DNA of 41,462 nucleotides from Candidatus Nealsonbacteria bacterium RIFCSPLOWO2_01_FULL_38_120 (GCA_001821475.1 MHMF01000036.1:1-41462); one strand, 5' to 3'. Positions 29,246 to 39,007 are shown, numbered from the stretch's first letter. The notes: generated from the sequence alone by a model not told the origin. Numbers and translations: made by a program.

Positions 29246-30660
29246 TAAATACTTTTGAAAAATTAGATTCAAAGATAAGTGCTGGAAAGGTTTTTACCCG
29301 GATTGGGCAAGCGGAAGCTTTTATCTCAAAACAACCGATTTATTATTCTCCGGAAGGATTATTATGGTTCTGGGATTTTGAAAGACATTGTTATGAATTA
29401 AAAGATGAAGTGGACTTATTAAACGGGATAAGAACCACTATGGGAATAGATACTATTGACGGCAAAACCCGAACAGAAATATTGTCAGCCCTTAAACAAG
29501 TTGGACGGCAACAATCGCCAAAACAAAAACCAAAGGGCTGGATACAATTTGAAGATGTGATTGTAAATCCTAAAACGCTTGATGTTGAAAAAGCAAATTG
29601 GAAATACTTTTTAACTAACCCAATTCCTCATAAAGTTGGTGAAATTGAAGAAACTCCGGAAATTGATAAATTATTGCGTGATTGGGCTGTTAAAGAGGGG
29701 GTTCAAGACGAAAGTTATATTCAAGGGCTTTATGAGTATATTGCCTACGCTTTGACAGACGACTTATTTATGCAAAGAATTATCGCTTTGACTGGGGGCG
29801 GAAGCAACGGCAAGGGGACTTATTTGAAGCTTGTAGAACAGTTGGTCGGTCGCAAGAATTGCGTTTCCATAGACATAAAAAAGTTGTCTCAAAATAATTT
29901 CGCGATGAGTTCTGTTTATAAAAAGTTGGTGGCATTTGCGGGAGAAGTTGGCTATTCGGATTTAGCGAACACTAATGTTCTTAAAAAACTAACCGGAGAG
30001 GATTTGGTGGAATACGAGTTCAAAGGAAAAAATTCTTTTTCCGATGATAGCATTACTACTTTCTTTATCGCTACGAATAGCTTGCCAACTACTCCGGATA
30101 AGTCGCTTGGGTTTTATAGGCGTTGGGCGATCACGGATTTTCCGAATATATTTGATATTCAGGCCGATGTTCTTTCAAAGGTTAAAGAAGTTGAATATGA
30201 AAATCTTTGCTTAAAGTGCGTCAACATTTTGAAGAGATTATATGAAACCCATAAATTTACTAATGAAGGGGATTATGGGGAAAGGGAACAAAAGTATGAA
30301 GAACGGAGCAATCCATTGCCGACATTTCTTGCGGAAACATGTGAAGAAATTGTAGGTAAAAACATTAAATTACAAGAATTTGGGAATAAATTTAATGCTT
30401 GGTTAAAAACGAAAAGATTGAGGCAGATGACTATTAGGCAAACTGGACAATTATTAAGAGGACTTGGATACGAAATTAACAAAAGAGGATTTCCAAATGA
30501 GCCTAATACTTCTGCTACTGCCATATTAAATATTGGGTGGAAAGAGAAAATTAAAGAACCCCAAAAAGGTCTGTTTTCAGAAGAAGAATATGAAGAGATG
30601 TCAAACGAGATAAGCTCAAAAACTACCGAAACTACCGAAACTACCGAGCTTCCAAGTTAA
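29242..30660 (+). CDS. P4/D5-family SF3 helicase
   Basis: GGGSNGKGT Walker A, LKKLTGED, FFIATNSLP and FYRRW; ATGA overlap with the Zn-finger gene. Confidence 0.88.
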   Translation: MINTFEKLDSKISAGKVFTRIGQAEAFISKQPIYYSPEGLLWFWDFERHCYELKDEVDLLNGIRTTMGIDTIDGKTRTEILSALKQVGRQQSPKQKPKGWIQFEDVIVNPKTLDVEKANWKYFLTNPIPHKVGEIEETPEIDKLLRDWAVKEGVQDESYIQGLYEYIAYALTDDLFMQRIIALTGGGSNGKGTYLKLVEQLVGRKNCVSIDIKKLSQNNFAMSSVYKKLVAFAGEVGYSDLANTNVLKKLTGEDLVEYEFKGKNSFSDDSITTFFIATNSLPTTPDKSLGFYRRWAITDFPNIFDIQADVLSKVKEVEYENLCLKCVNILKRLYETHKFTNEGDYGEREQKYEERSNPLPTFLAETCEEIVGKNIKLQEFGNKFNAWLKTKRLRQMTIRQTGQLLRGLGYEINKRGFPNEPNTSATAILNIGWKEKIKEPQKGLFSEEEYEEMSNEISSKTTETTETTELPS

Positions 30661-30712
30661 TCTTTATAAAGCTCTGAACTGAACCTTCGGTAGTTCTGGT
30701 AGTTCTGGTAGC
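30620..30712. repeat. Opposed 9-bp iteron triplets, putative replication origin
   Basis: AAACTACCG three times (30620-30646), then TCGGTAGTT CTGGTAGTT CTGGTAGC (30687-30712), followed by an AT-rich tract. Confidence 0.75.
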
Positions 30713-30815
30713 AAATAAGCTTAAAATAGTAAAAGGCAAAGATAACTATGCTTAACCAAAATAAAAATAAACTTTGATAGATATGTTTTTATTTATTCAA
30801 GGATAAAATAAAATT

Positions 30816-30971
30816 ATGCAAATTCAACAAAAATTGTTTGAAATTTCAAAAATCAGTAAAGTTTTACCCAAAAATCCCGAAGTATCAGATAGCAGGGAAG
30901 ATTTTATTTTTTGGTTGGCAAGTTTGAGCCCGGAGGATAGGCAGGATTTCAACTTTGTGTTCGGGGATTAA
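30816..30971 (+). CDS. Small hypothetical protein (51 aa)
   Basis: ATG..TAA ORF MQIQQKLFEISK...DFNFVFGD, below the ORF-track cutoff. Confidence 0.5.
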   Translation: MQIQQKLFEISKISKVLPKNPEVSDSREDFIFWLASLSPEDRQDFNFVFGD

Positions 30972-31184
30972 AGGTCGCGTAAAAAATTGGTAATCATTCG
31001 GGGGTGGGTTCGCTGATTAGCAATCCCTCCCCGAATTAAAAATTATGGATTTATTTTATTCTTTCGCTTCAATGGTGTTCTTTATGGCAATTGGAGCGTT
31101 TATCTTTCGCCATTAGAAGCAGGGGAGGGTGGAGCTATTCTTCGCCCTCCCAAGAATTATAAATTAAGGAGGAATAAAAAAAAT

Positions 31185-31319
31185 ATGGAAAATAAAACTG
31201 ATGAAGAGATTAGTTCGATGAGGTTTGAGGTTTTGCTGGGAAATCTAAATTTATTGGAAAGTAAATTAGATAAATTGGAAGCTAAAATTGATTTGTTAAA
31301 GCCTAAAAAGGCTTCTTAA
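31185..31319 (+). CDS. Small coiled-coil protein (44 aa)
   Basis: AAGGAGG upstream; heptad leucine pattern LNLLESKLDKLEAKIDLL. Confidence 0.55.
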   Translation: MENKTDEEISSMRFEVLLGNLNLLESKLDKLEAKIDLLKPKKAS

Positions 31320-31468
31320 AGCGAAAAATAAGGGTCGTATAGCGACTACAACTTCCCATCGTGGGAACTTGATAGCGACTAAACAATCTACTCCCCCTAA
31401 TTTGAATGGGAATTAAGGGGAGTAGAATTAAATAAATAATCAGTAGTTTGTTTATAGGAGGAAAACTT

Positions 31469-31804
31469 ATGGAAAATATAGATATAAAAAAAGGTGGCAT
31501 TGAGGAAATGATTAAGGCATTCCGCGAAGACCATCAAAATGAGGAATTAAAGCAAAGGGTGGCGGCGAAGGGTTGGGGCAACGCAAGTGAGAGCGAGAGG
31601 AAAGAGATTTTATCAAAATTGGGGTATTCAGAACCTAACTATCCCAAAAATGTCGAGGACTTGGGTTCTTCGGAGGAAGCCATTAGGTCATTCGCGGAAA
31701 AGGGTCAAAAAATAGACAGAGGCGTAGAGGCAGAAAAGGTCAGAAAGGATTTTTTATTCGGCATTAAAGATGTTCCTGCGAAACAGGGAACGATTTTAAG
31801 ATGA
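31469..31804 (+). CDS. Hypothetical protein upstream of terS
   Basis: AGGAGG before the ATG at 31469; ATGA overlap with the next gene. Confidence 0.7.
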   Translation: MENIDIKKGGIEEMIKAFREDHQNEELKQRVAAKGWGNASESERKEILSKLGYSEPNYPKNVEDLGSSEEAIRSFAEKGQKIDRGVEAEKVRKDFLFGIKDVPAKQGTILR

Positions 31805-32250
31805 AAATGCTCACACTAAAACAGAAATTGTTTGTTCAACGAACAGCTCAAAGCTTAAATCCTACTCAAAGTGCCAGAGAGGTTTATGATTGTTCTTCGG
31901 GCAGTGCAAAGGTGATCGCGTCGATAAACCTTCGAAAGCCCGCAGTGGCACTTGCTTTGAAAGAGAAACTTGAAATAAGCGGTTTTTCTGATGAAACAAT
32001 AGTTGAAAAGCTCAAAGAACTCATCACTGCCAACAGGATAACTGAATATAAGGGAGTAGCGAAGATGACTAACTTGCCAAATTACCCGGAGAGAAGGAAG
32101 ACGCTTGATATGGTGCTGAATTTAATGGGAGCATACCCGCCCTCACGGGCGGAAGTTAAGAGCGTCAAGGCGGAATTTAAAGGCAAGTTGAAAGAATTGA
32201 ACATAGAACAATTACAAGGGCTGTTAGGGAAGAAGTCCGATGATGAGTAG
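31801..32250 (+). CDS. Terminase small subunit-like protein
   Basis: LTLKQKLFV...NPTQSAREVY...SAKVIASINLRKP resembles the Terminase_2 N-terminal HTH pattern. Confidence 0.7.
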   Translation: MKMLTLKQKLFVQRTAQSLNPTQSAREVYDCSSGSAKVIASINLRKPAVALALKEKLEISGFSDETIVEKLKELITANRITEYKGVAKMTNLPNYPERRKTLDMVLNLMGAYPPSRAEVKSVKAEFKGKLKELNIEQLQGLLGKKSDDE

Positions 32251-32406
32251 GGGGTGGGGTGGGCTTTCACTTTGTAGAATAGATAGATTTAACCCCCCTT
32301 ATACGCTCTTATAAAATTTCAATTTCAAAAACCTCCCATACGCTCTTATAAAATTCCAATCCCAAAACCCTAAAAAATAATATAATAAAAAAGGAGTGAA
32401 CAAAAT

Positions 32407-33927
32407 ATGGCATTAGCAACCACAACTTCAATCGTAGATTATTTAAAATCGGAAGGAAAACCCTCTGACTACACTTATCGCAGTAAGCTTTACAAAGAAC
32501 TTGGTTTGGAAAGCAAATACGGAGGTTATGTCGGAGCGGGTCAACAAAATACCGGAATGATAAATCTTTTAAGTTCTCAAAAGAGCGTTGCAAATCAACC
32601 TGCTCCCGCAACGAATAGTCCTTCGCCACAGCAACAAACTATTCCCAACAAGGTTTATAAATACCAAGTGAACGGAGTTGATTATTTTCAAGTATTGCCG
32701 GGAACGAATACTCCGCGCGGTTCAACAGAAGTTGCTCCAGAACAAGCAATTACCGAATTGCAAAGTTTAATATCAAAAAATAATCAAACCTATATCCCAA
32801 ATACTACAAAACTTCAATTTCCTACTCTTTCAAGCGAATATCAGAAACGGATTGACGAAATAAAAGCGATGTCTCCGCAAAGCGATGTAATCTCTTCATA
32901 CCAAACTCCGTGGGGAGAAACACTAACAAATACAAAACAATCAACCATAGACGAAATACAAAAGAAGGAAGAAGCAGTGAAAGCGGGGACGATGAAAAGC
33001 TTGGGCAATGGGTTATATGTCCCGACAGGAAGTCCCGCCAGTATGGAGACGAGTATTTTGAACGGAAGTGAAGTGAATTCGTCTTATCAATACACCGCGC
33101 CAACAGCAAAAGATTTGCAGGGTATTATTGAAGAGTCAATCGGAACATCAGATTTATCTGAAATTATTGGCGATGTTTCGTCCGGGAATATCACAACTCC
33201 TGAACTGGAATTATCAAAAGAAGATAAAGACGCTCAACTGGCAAAGCTTAAGACAGATACCGCTTCTGCGTTGCAAACTCTTCAACAAAATCTTGCCAGT
33301 AGAGGAATGACTTTCTCAGGGGTGAGAACCGTGGCAGAGGAGAAATTGGCGGCAGATTCTTTAGCCGAAGAAGCCGGTATCAGCAGAGACTTTGCAGGCA
33401 AGATAATCAGCGCGGCGAGGCAAGAGCAAAGTAGGCGTGAGACCGCATTAAAATCAGCGGAAAATAATTACAATAAGGCTCTTGAAGCTCAAGGTTTCGT
33501 TTATAATCCGTTCACAGATACCATAAAAAAAACACTTTCAAGAGAACAATTTGAAGCTAATCAAAATCAGCCAGAAAAAGTTGATACGCAGATAGTAGAA
33601 ATCAATGGCAGAAAACTCTTAATCAATTCCCAGACAGGCGAAACAATTCAGGACTTAGGGAATATCACAATCAAGGACACAACATCTGGTTCAGATGACT
33701 TGGCGACTATTGAAAACAAATTATTGCAAAGCCGAAAAGGCGGAACTTATGTTGATGGTAATGTTTATCAAGAAACTAAACGAAACGCTAAAATGTCCCC
33801 CACAGAATTTGATCGCCGTTATTCTGATTTGTTAAGCCCGGGAGACCAAGTAAAATACGGATTAAAGTCGGGAACAAGTTCAACTGGCTCAACAAATAAC
33901 GCAGATAATCTCTTTGATACTCTCTAA
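32407..33927 (+). CDS. Putative internal virion/ejection protein with N-terminal DUF3597-like motif
   Basis: N-terminal SIVDYLKSEG..SDY..R.KL..ELG....Y.G...QN; central helical QNLASRGMTFSGVR segment. Confidence 0.5.
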   Translation: MALATTTSIVDYLKSEGKPSDYTYRSKLYKELGLESKYGGYVGAGQQNTGMINLLSSQKSVANQPAPATNSPSPQQQTIPNKVYKYQVNGVDYFQVLPGTNTPRGSTEVAPEQAITELQSLISKNNQTYIPNTTKLQFPTLSSEYQKRIDEIKAMSPQSDVISSYQTPWGETLTNTKQSTIDEIQKKEEAVKAGTMKSLGNGLYVPTGSPASMETSILNGSEVNSSYQYTAPTAKDLQGIIEESIGTSDLSEIIGDVSSGNITTPELELSKEDKDAQLAKLKTDTASALQTLQQNLASRGMTFSGVRTVAEEKLAADSLAEEAGISRDFAGKIISAARQEQSRRETALKSAENNYNKALEAQGFVYNPFTDTIKKTLSREQFEANQNQPEKVDTQIVEINGRKLLINSQTGETIQDLGNITIKDTTSGSDDLATIENKLLQSRKGGTYVDGNVYQETKRNAKMSPTEFDRRYSDLLSPGDQVKYGLKSGTSSTGSTNNADNLFDTL

Positions 33928-33931
33928 AAAT

Positions 33932-36900
33932 ATGGATACTACTTCAAAATATATTCAAGACCCGAATAATCCGAATGCCAGTATTCCTAATCCAAATTAT
34001 GGGAAGAAATTATCGTTCATTGATTTTCTAAAAGAAATCCCAGCTACTACTCAAAAAGTTATCAATGTTATTCAAGGACTTTCTAATCCCTCTGTTGGAA
34101 TGGTTCAATTAGCTTCTAACAAAAAGGTTCAGGAAGCAGGATTAAGTATGGGAAAAGAGGTCTTGCGAGGAACAGCTCGGAGCGGAGGAAGCGTTGCAAT
34201 GACATTGGCAACTCCTTTTATCGGAACGCAAGAATTAACTTCCGAACAATTTGAAAATGACCCTGATTTGAAATGGGCAAAAGAAACAATTTTTGGCAAA
34301 GACCCAGTAAAATCCTTGCAGACAAGAATTGCGGAGGCGGAAGTCAAGACAAAACCATATCTCGGAAAAACAGCTCTGCCTCTTTCTGTTGTTGGTGTTG
34401 GTTTAATGACTGGTTTAGATTTTACAGGGGCGGGTGGAGAAAAGAACGCAATAAAACTTCTTTCTAAAACTTCAAAAATTGAAGAAGTTGGCAATATCTT
34501 AAAATCATTAAAGGTTGCAGACGAGTTAATTCCTGAATACTCAAAAGTTTTTGCGGGAATAACAAAAGAAGCGGAAGTGGCAAATAAATTAAACGAAGTT
34601 CAGAAAGCGACAAAAGTTGTTGGTTTAGAAAAAGAGTTAAGGCAAACATATCTTTCAAGCAAACCTGCTATTGAAGAAAATCTTGGCAAGGTTTGGCAGG
34701 AGCTTGATATGTCCGAAGCGGGGGAAAGAATTTTAACAGGAGAAGCAGGCCAAACAGCAGGTGGCGAATGGATAGGAAAGCCATCGTCTTTTCCAGATTG
34801 GATTCCGGAGAATTTACGCTCCAAAGAATTATTTGATAAAGTAATGAATGGGCTGTCCGATGTTGAAGGGATTAAATTTCCAGTAGGCAATAGACCAAAA
34901 CAGAGAGAATTGTATAATATCTTATTAGACGAAGTTGAGAAAAAGTCGGGTCTCGATTCGTCTAAAATTAGAAATCAAATCATAGAAATTTATGGAGAAA
35001 TCAACAAAGGAGAAATTACAGAGAGCGTTCGTGGAGGCGTTAGAGGAAGCCTCGCAGGAGCAATCTCAAAAGAGCAACTCCCAAGAGGAATCGAAGAACT
35101 CGGAGAAATAAAACCAGCCCTGCAAGGTGGCGATTTAGCGACCAAAGAAGCTGGTTTTTTAATTGGAAAAGAAAGACAATTCCTTCAAAGTGTAAAAGAA
35201 GCAAGACCTGATATTCCAATAAAAATTGGCGGACAATATATCCCAAGAAGCACAGATAATTTAGCTATCCAAGCAAGGAATTTAATTAAGGATAATTTGG
35301 CAGAAGCAGAGAGTATAGCAAGAGTTGGGACAGACGATAAAGCAGTAGCCATAGCTTCCGAGCTTATAAAACATTACGGAGACGAAGCAATAAAAACCTC
35401 AGACCAAGCAGTTAAAAACACTCTATACGAAAAAGCCAGTGAAGTGGCTCATACAACAGCAGAGAAGCTCACAGAACTTGGAAGAGGAGTTCAGGCCGCC
35501 AGCATTATGGGACGACTAACACCAGAAGGAATGTTAAGGTTCGCCGCCAAAGAAATAAATAAATACAATGATGCTGTTGATACTTCAAAGGGATTATTTG
35601 GATTAAAAAAGAAAATACCGCAACTAACACCAGAACAAACTGAAACGATTTTGAAAGAAATGAAAAACATTTCTGCAATGCCAGACGGAACTAAAAAGGC
35701 AATAGCTTTTAAGAAAGTGGCTGATGCTGTCGCAGATATTATTCCATCGTCAAATTTCAAGAAATTTATTTCTCTTTGGAAAGCAGGTTTATTAACGGGA
35801 ATAAAAACATCAGGGCTTAATACTTTATCAAACCTTTTTCACGGAACAAGCGAAGTAATAAAAGATATTCCAGCTTCCGCAGTGGATAGCGTTGCAGGTT
35901 TATTTACCAAAGAAAGAACTCTTGCGTTCACAACCAAAGGAACTTTGGAGGGAATAAAAGAGGGCTTTATAAAAGGTTGGCAATATCTGACTACCGGGTT
36001 GGACGAAAGAAACATTGGCGCGAAACTTGATTTGAAAAAGGTAAGTTTTGGAAAAGGCAAAGTTGCAAAGGCGTTGCAAAAATACGAAGAGAGTATTTTT
36101 CATCTTATGGGAGCTGAAGACCAGCCATTTTATTACGGAGCAAAGGCAAGAAGTTTAGCAAGCCAAGCAATAGCCCAAGCAAAGAATGAAGGATTGAAAG
36201 GTGCAGAAGCAACGAAGTTTATTGAAGACCTCATAAAAAACCCAACAGATAAAATGATGAAGTATGCTGTAAGCGACGCGGAGATTGCTGTATTTCAGAA
36301 TAAAACAACTCTTGGAGAAATAGCTCAAGCAGTTCAGAAAGCTCCGGGCGGAGAGATTGTTGTTCCTTTTGGCAGAACACCCGCAAGCGTTGCAACGCAG
36401 ATGATAAATTATTCTCCTATTGGAATAGTTAAGACGATCGTTGAAAACATCGGCAAAGGAAAGTTTGACCAGAGAGCTTTTTCACAGGGAATAGGTAGGG
36501 CAATCACTGGGACAGGAGCGATGTATATTGGGACAGAATTATTCAAAAAGGGCTTAATAAGTTTGTCCTACCCAACAAGTGAAAAAGAGCAAAAGCTCTG
36601 GGAGCTTGAAGGTAGGACAGCTAACTCAATAAATATCGGAGGGAAGTGGAGAAATATCAGTATCTTCGGCCCAGCAGGAAATCTCTTAATCGCTGGCGGA
36701 AACTATCAGCAAGCATTGGAAGAAAGCGGAAGCCCAACTCAAGCGATAATCGCTTCTTCTCTTGGGGGAATTAAATCCCTGAAAGAACAGACATTTCTCT
36801 CGGGAATAAATCAAATCATAAACGCCATAGATAATCCGCAGACATCTGCCGTAGGATACGCAGGCGGTTTAATCTCTTCCCTTATCCCCACGATCGTTGG

Positions 36901-37468
36901 AGATGTGGCAAAGACGACAGACACAACGGAGAGGAGAACTCCGGCTATTCTTGATAAGTCGTTAGCCAAGATACCGGGAGCGAGGGAAACTCTTGAACCC
37001 CAAGTAAATGTTTTGGGCCAAGAAAGACAACTGGGCGGGAACTGGTTGGAAACAATGATTGACCCAAGCAGGCCTTCAAACATAATCTCAACTCCTGTCT
37101 CAACAGAATTAAGACGCCTTTGGAACGCAGGACTAAAATCCTCTCCGACTTTGGTTGGAGATAAAAACGGATACAAAGGACTAACGCCCGAAGAGAACAC
37201 TGCCATTTGGAAAAGAACAGGAGAATTGATGGACGGCAAACTGAATAACTTAATCAACTTGGAACAATATAAAAAACTTGATGATGAGGACAGGGCGAAT
37301 TTAGTAGAGATCGTGATTGATAAATCCAAGCTATTGGCAAGAGCTCAAGCTGTTATGGATTTGACAGAAGAATTATCGGGACAGGAATTAAAAAACAAGT
37401 TGAGCGAATTGAAAAAAAGCGGATTGATGACAAAAGAAGTTTTCAAGAAGTATTTAGAAATAAAATAA
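33932..37468 (+). CDS. Large helical phage internal/DNA-transfer-like protein (~1180 aa)
   Basis: G/A-rich amphipathic segments and a VPFGRTP..V...INYSP motif resembling large polyvalent/ejection proteins. The ATG at 33932 is preferred. Confidence 0.5.
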   Translation: MDTTSKYIQDPNNPNASIPNPNYGKKLSFIDFLKEIPATTQKVINVIQGLSNPSVGMVQLASNKKVQEAGLSMGKEVLRGTARSGGSVAMTLATPFIGTQELTSEQFENDPDLKWAKETIFGKDPVKSLQTRIAEAEVKTKPYLGKTALPLSVVGVGLMTGLDFTGAGGEKNAIKLLSKTSKIEEVGNILKSLKVADELIPEYSKVFAGITKEAEVANKLNEVQKATKVVGLEKELRQTYLSSKPAIEENLGKVWQELDMSEAGERILTGEAGQTAGGEWIGKPSSFPDWIPENLRSKELFDKVMNGLSDVEGIKFPVGNRPKQRELYNILLDEVEKKSGLDSSKIRNQIIEIYGEINKGEITESVRGGVRGSLAGAISKEQLPRGIEELGEIKPALQGGDLATKEAGFLIGKERQFLQSVKEARPDIPIKIGGQYIPRSTDNLAIQARNLIKDNLAEAESIARVGTDDKAVAIASELIKHYGDEAIKTSDQAVKNTLYEKASEVAHTTAEKLTELGRGVQAASIMGRLTPEGMLRFAAKEINKYNDAVDTSKGLFGLKKKIPQLTPEQTETILKEMKNISAMPDGTKKAIAFKKVADAVADIIPSSNFKKFISLWKAGLLTGIKTSGLNTLSNLFHGTSEVIKDIPASAVDSVAGLFTKERTLAFTTKGTLEGIKEGFIKGWQYLTTGLDERNIGAKLDLKKVSFGKGKVAKALQKYEESIFHLMGAEDQPFYYGAKARSLASQAIAQAKNEGLKGAEATKFIEDLIKNPTDKMMKYAVSDAEIAVFQNKTTLGEIAQAVQKAPGGEIVVPFGRTPASVATQMINYSPIGIVKTIVENIGKGKFDQRAFSQGIGRAITGTGAMYIGTELFKKGLISLSYPTSEKEQKLWELEGRTANSINIGGKWRNISIFGPAGNLLIAGGNYQQALEESGSPTQAIIASSLGGIKSLKEQTFLSGINQIINAIDNPQTSAVGYAGGLISSLIPTIVGDVAKTTDTTERRTPAILDKSLAKIPGARETLEPQVNVLGQERQLGGNWLETMIDPSRPSNIISTPVSTELRRLWNAGLKSSPTLVGDKNGYKGLTPEENTAIWKRTGELMDGKLNNLINLEQYKKLDDEDRANLVEIVIDKSKLLARAQAVMDLTEELSGQELKNKLSELKKSGLMTKEVFKKYLEIK

Positions 37469-37472
37469 TTAT

Positions 37473-37715
37473 ATGCCAAGACGATTGCCAACAAATAAAA
37501 CAAAGGAACACAAGATGATTATTCTGGCGGTAGATGATTATTTTGGAAATGGTTGTTCCCCAGCAGATAAGAAATTAAAGACGAATATCTGCCTTTGGCT
37601 AATGCGGAGAAAGAGAGGCGTTTCCCTATCAGATGAGCAGAAAGAAGCAGTGGCGATAGTAAGAGATAACCTCAACGATAAGATATACCGGAATAACCTT
37701 TGTTGTGCCCTATAA
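37473..37715 (+). CDS. Hypothetical basic protein
   Basis: 80-aa ORF starting 4 nt after the previous stop. Confidence 0.55.
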   Translation: MPRRLPTNKTKEHKMIILAVDDYFGNGCSPADKKLKTNICLWLMRRKRGVSLSDEQKEAVAIVRDNLNDKIYRNNLCCAL

Positions 37716-37885
37716 CAATAGCTTGATAGGTCAAAGAGGTAGTAAGTGTCGGCTCGGAGGGGTTATGTCTGGCGATGTGAGGGCGAAAAGGGTAAGTAGG
37801 GCAAATTTAAGGCCTGTAATAGCTGTTTGAGGGGCGATGGTATAAAGGGAGAGAGGTTGAGGCAAAGGGTGGGGGGGGATACCTC

Positions 37886-38373
37886 ATCTTATAACCAATT
37901 AGAGAGAGAAACGGGTAGAGATAGACAAAATCTTAAATTTTGGCACGATTTGTATATTAGCAGGCGCCTATACAGAAGCAAAGATTGGGGAAATTATAAG
38001 CAAGATACCAAAAGAACCAACCGAAAGTGGACACGGGGGAACTTTCGGTGGAAGTAAAAAAATACTTCCAATCGGTATTACTAAAAAACAATCCCACCAG
38101 TTTCAACAGTTGGCTGAACATAAAGACTTAATTGAACAAGTGAAAGCGGAAGCAGAAGAAAATGATAACTTTGAAAGAGAAAAGATATATGGAAAAAAGA
38201 TATTGCAACGCGTTGCAATATCTTTGGGGAAAAGCGAACGAACTATTTATCAAGCAGTAGAATTTGCTCAAAAATACCCCGATATACAAAAACTTCCAGA
38301 AGGAAAAAATATAAGCTGGCATAAAATATGTAATAATTTATTGCCAGAAGTTAGACAACCTGTGATTTATTGA
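37886..38373 (+). pseudogene. Mosaic of phage gene fragments (HTH-like modules)
   Basis: SYNQLERETGRDRQNLKFWHDLY in one frame. Another frame is open 37903-38373 without a good start and reads EAKIGEII...GITKKQSHQFQQLA...YGKKILQRVAISLG...ISWHKI. Confidence 0.45.
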
Positions 38374-38581
38374 AAAGTGCAGAACCCTATTGACAGGGTT
38401 TGCGGATATGCAAATATAAAAGTAAGTTGAGGTAAATTAGTTTTTGCAAAGAGGTATTTTATTTTCCAAACAAAAATAGAATACAAAGAGGGGCTGAAAC
38501 TGGTTTACCTCAACAATAAACCTTTTTGCTTTCAGCCCCTTTTTGTTAGTAAAATTAACCAGTTATGGGGGAATAAAAATT

Positions 38582-38917
38582 ATGACAGAATTCGACGAAA
38601 ACTTAAATAAAAAAGACAGCTTATTGAATACCTTAAATCGTTCTTTGGATAATTCCACGCCTGCAAATGAAATATCAGGCGGAGTGTTCGGATCTAACAG
38701 TTCTGACAATGGAATAGCATTCGGAATAAATCCCGCAACGAATAAAAGTTATATCCAGTCAAGGAACTTTGTTTCAGGTTCTGATGGTTGGCAATTATTA
38801 TCAGACGGAAACTTCGAGGGAAACAACGGAACAAAAGGAAGCACCTATTATCCTGAAAGTCCTGCCACAGATGGTCAAAATGGTTCTGACGGAGAAGTAA
38901 TTCAATTGCAAATTTAA
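38582..38917 (+). CDS. Miniature tail-fibre/host-specificity-like protein
   Basis: YIQSRNFVSGSDGWQLLSDGNFEGN resembles the C-terminal motif of phage tail-tip proteins. GGGGGA lies upstream of the ATG at 38582. Confidence 0.5.
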   Translation: MTEFDENLNKKDSLLNTLNRSLDNSTPANEISGGVFGSNSSDNGIAFGINPATNKSYIQSRNFVSGSDGWQLLSDGNFEGNNGTKGSTYYPESPATDGQNGSDGEVIQLQI

Positions 38918-39007
38918 TAGTAAAAGTTTATAAAAATTAACCACAAATTTTAGGGCAGAATATAGTTTTTTGGTTAATTCTATTTTCCGCCCTCAAATTT
39001 GAAAACA

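Noticed and set aside
30620..30712. Possible CRISPR array
   Set aside because: 9-bp units without spacers and no cas genes. No repeat-spacer array was seen anywhere in the window.
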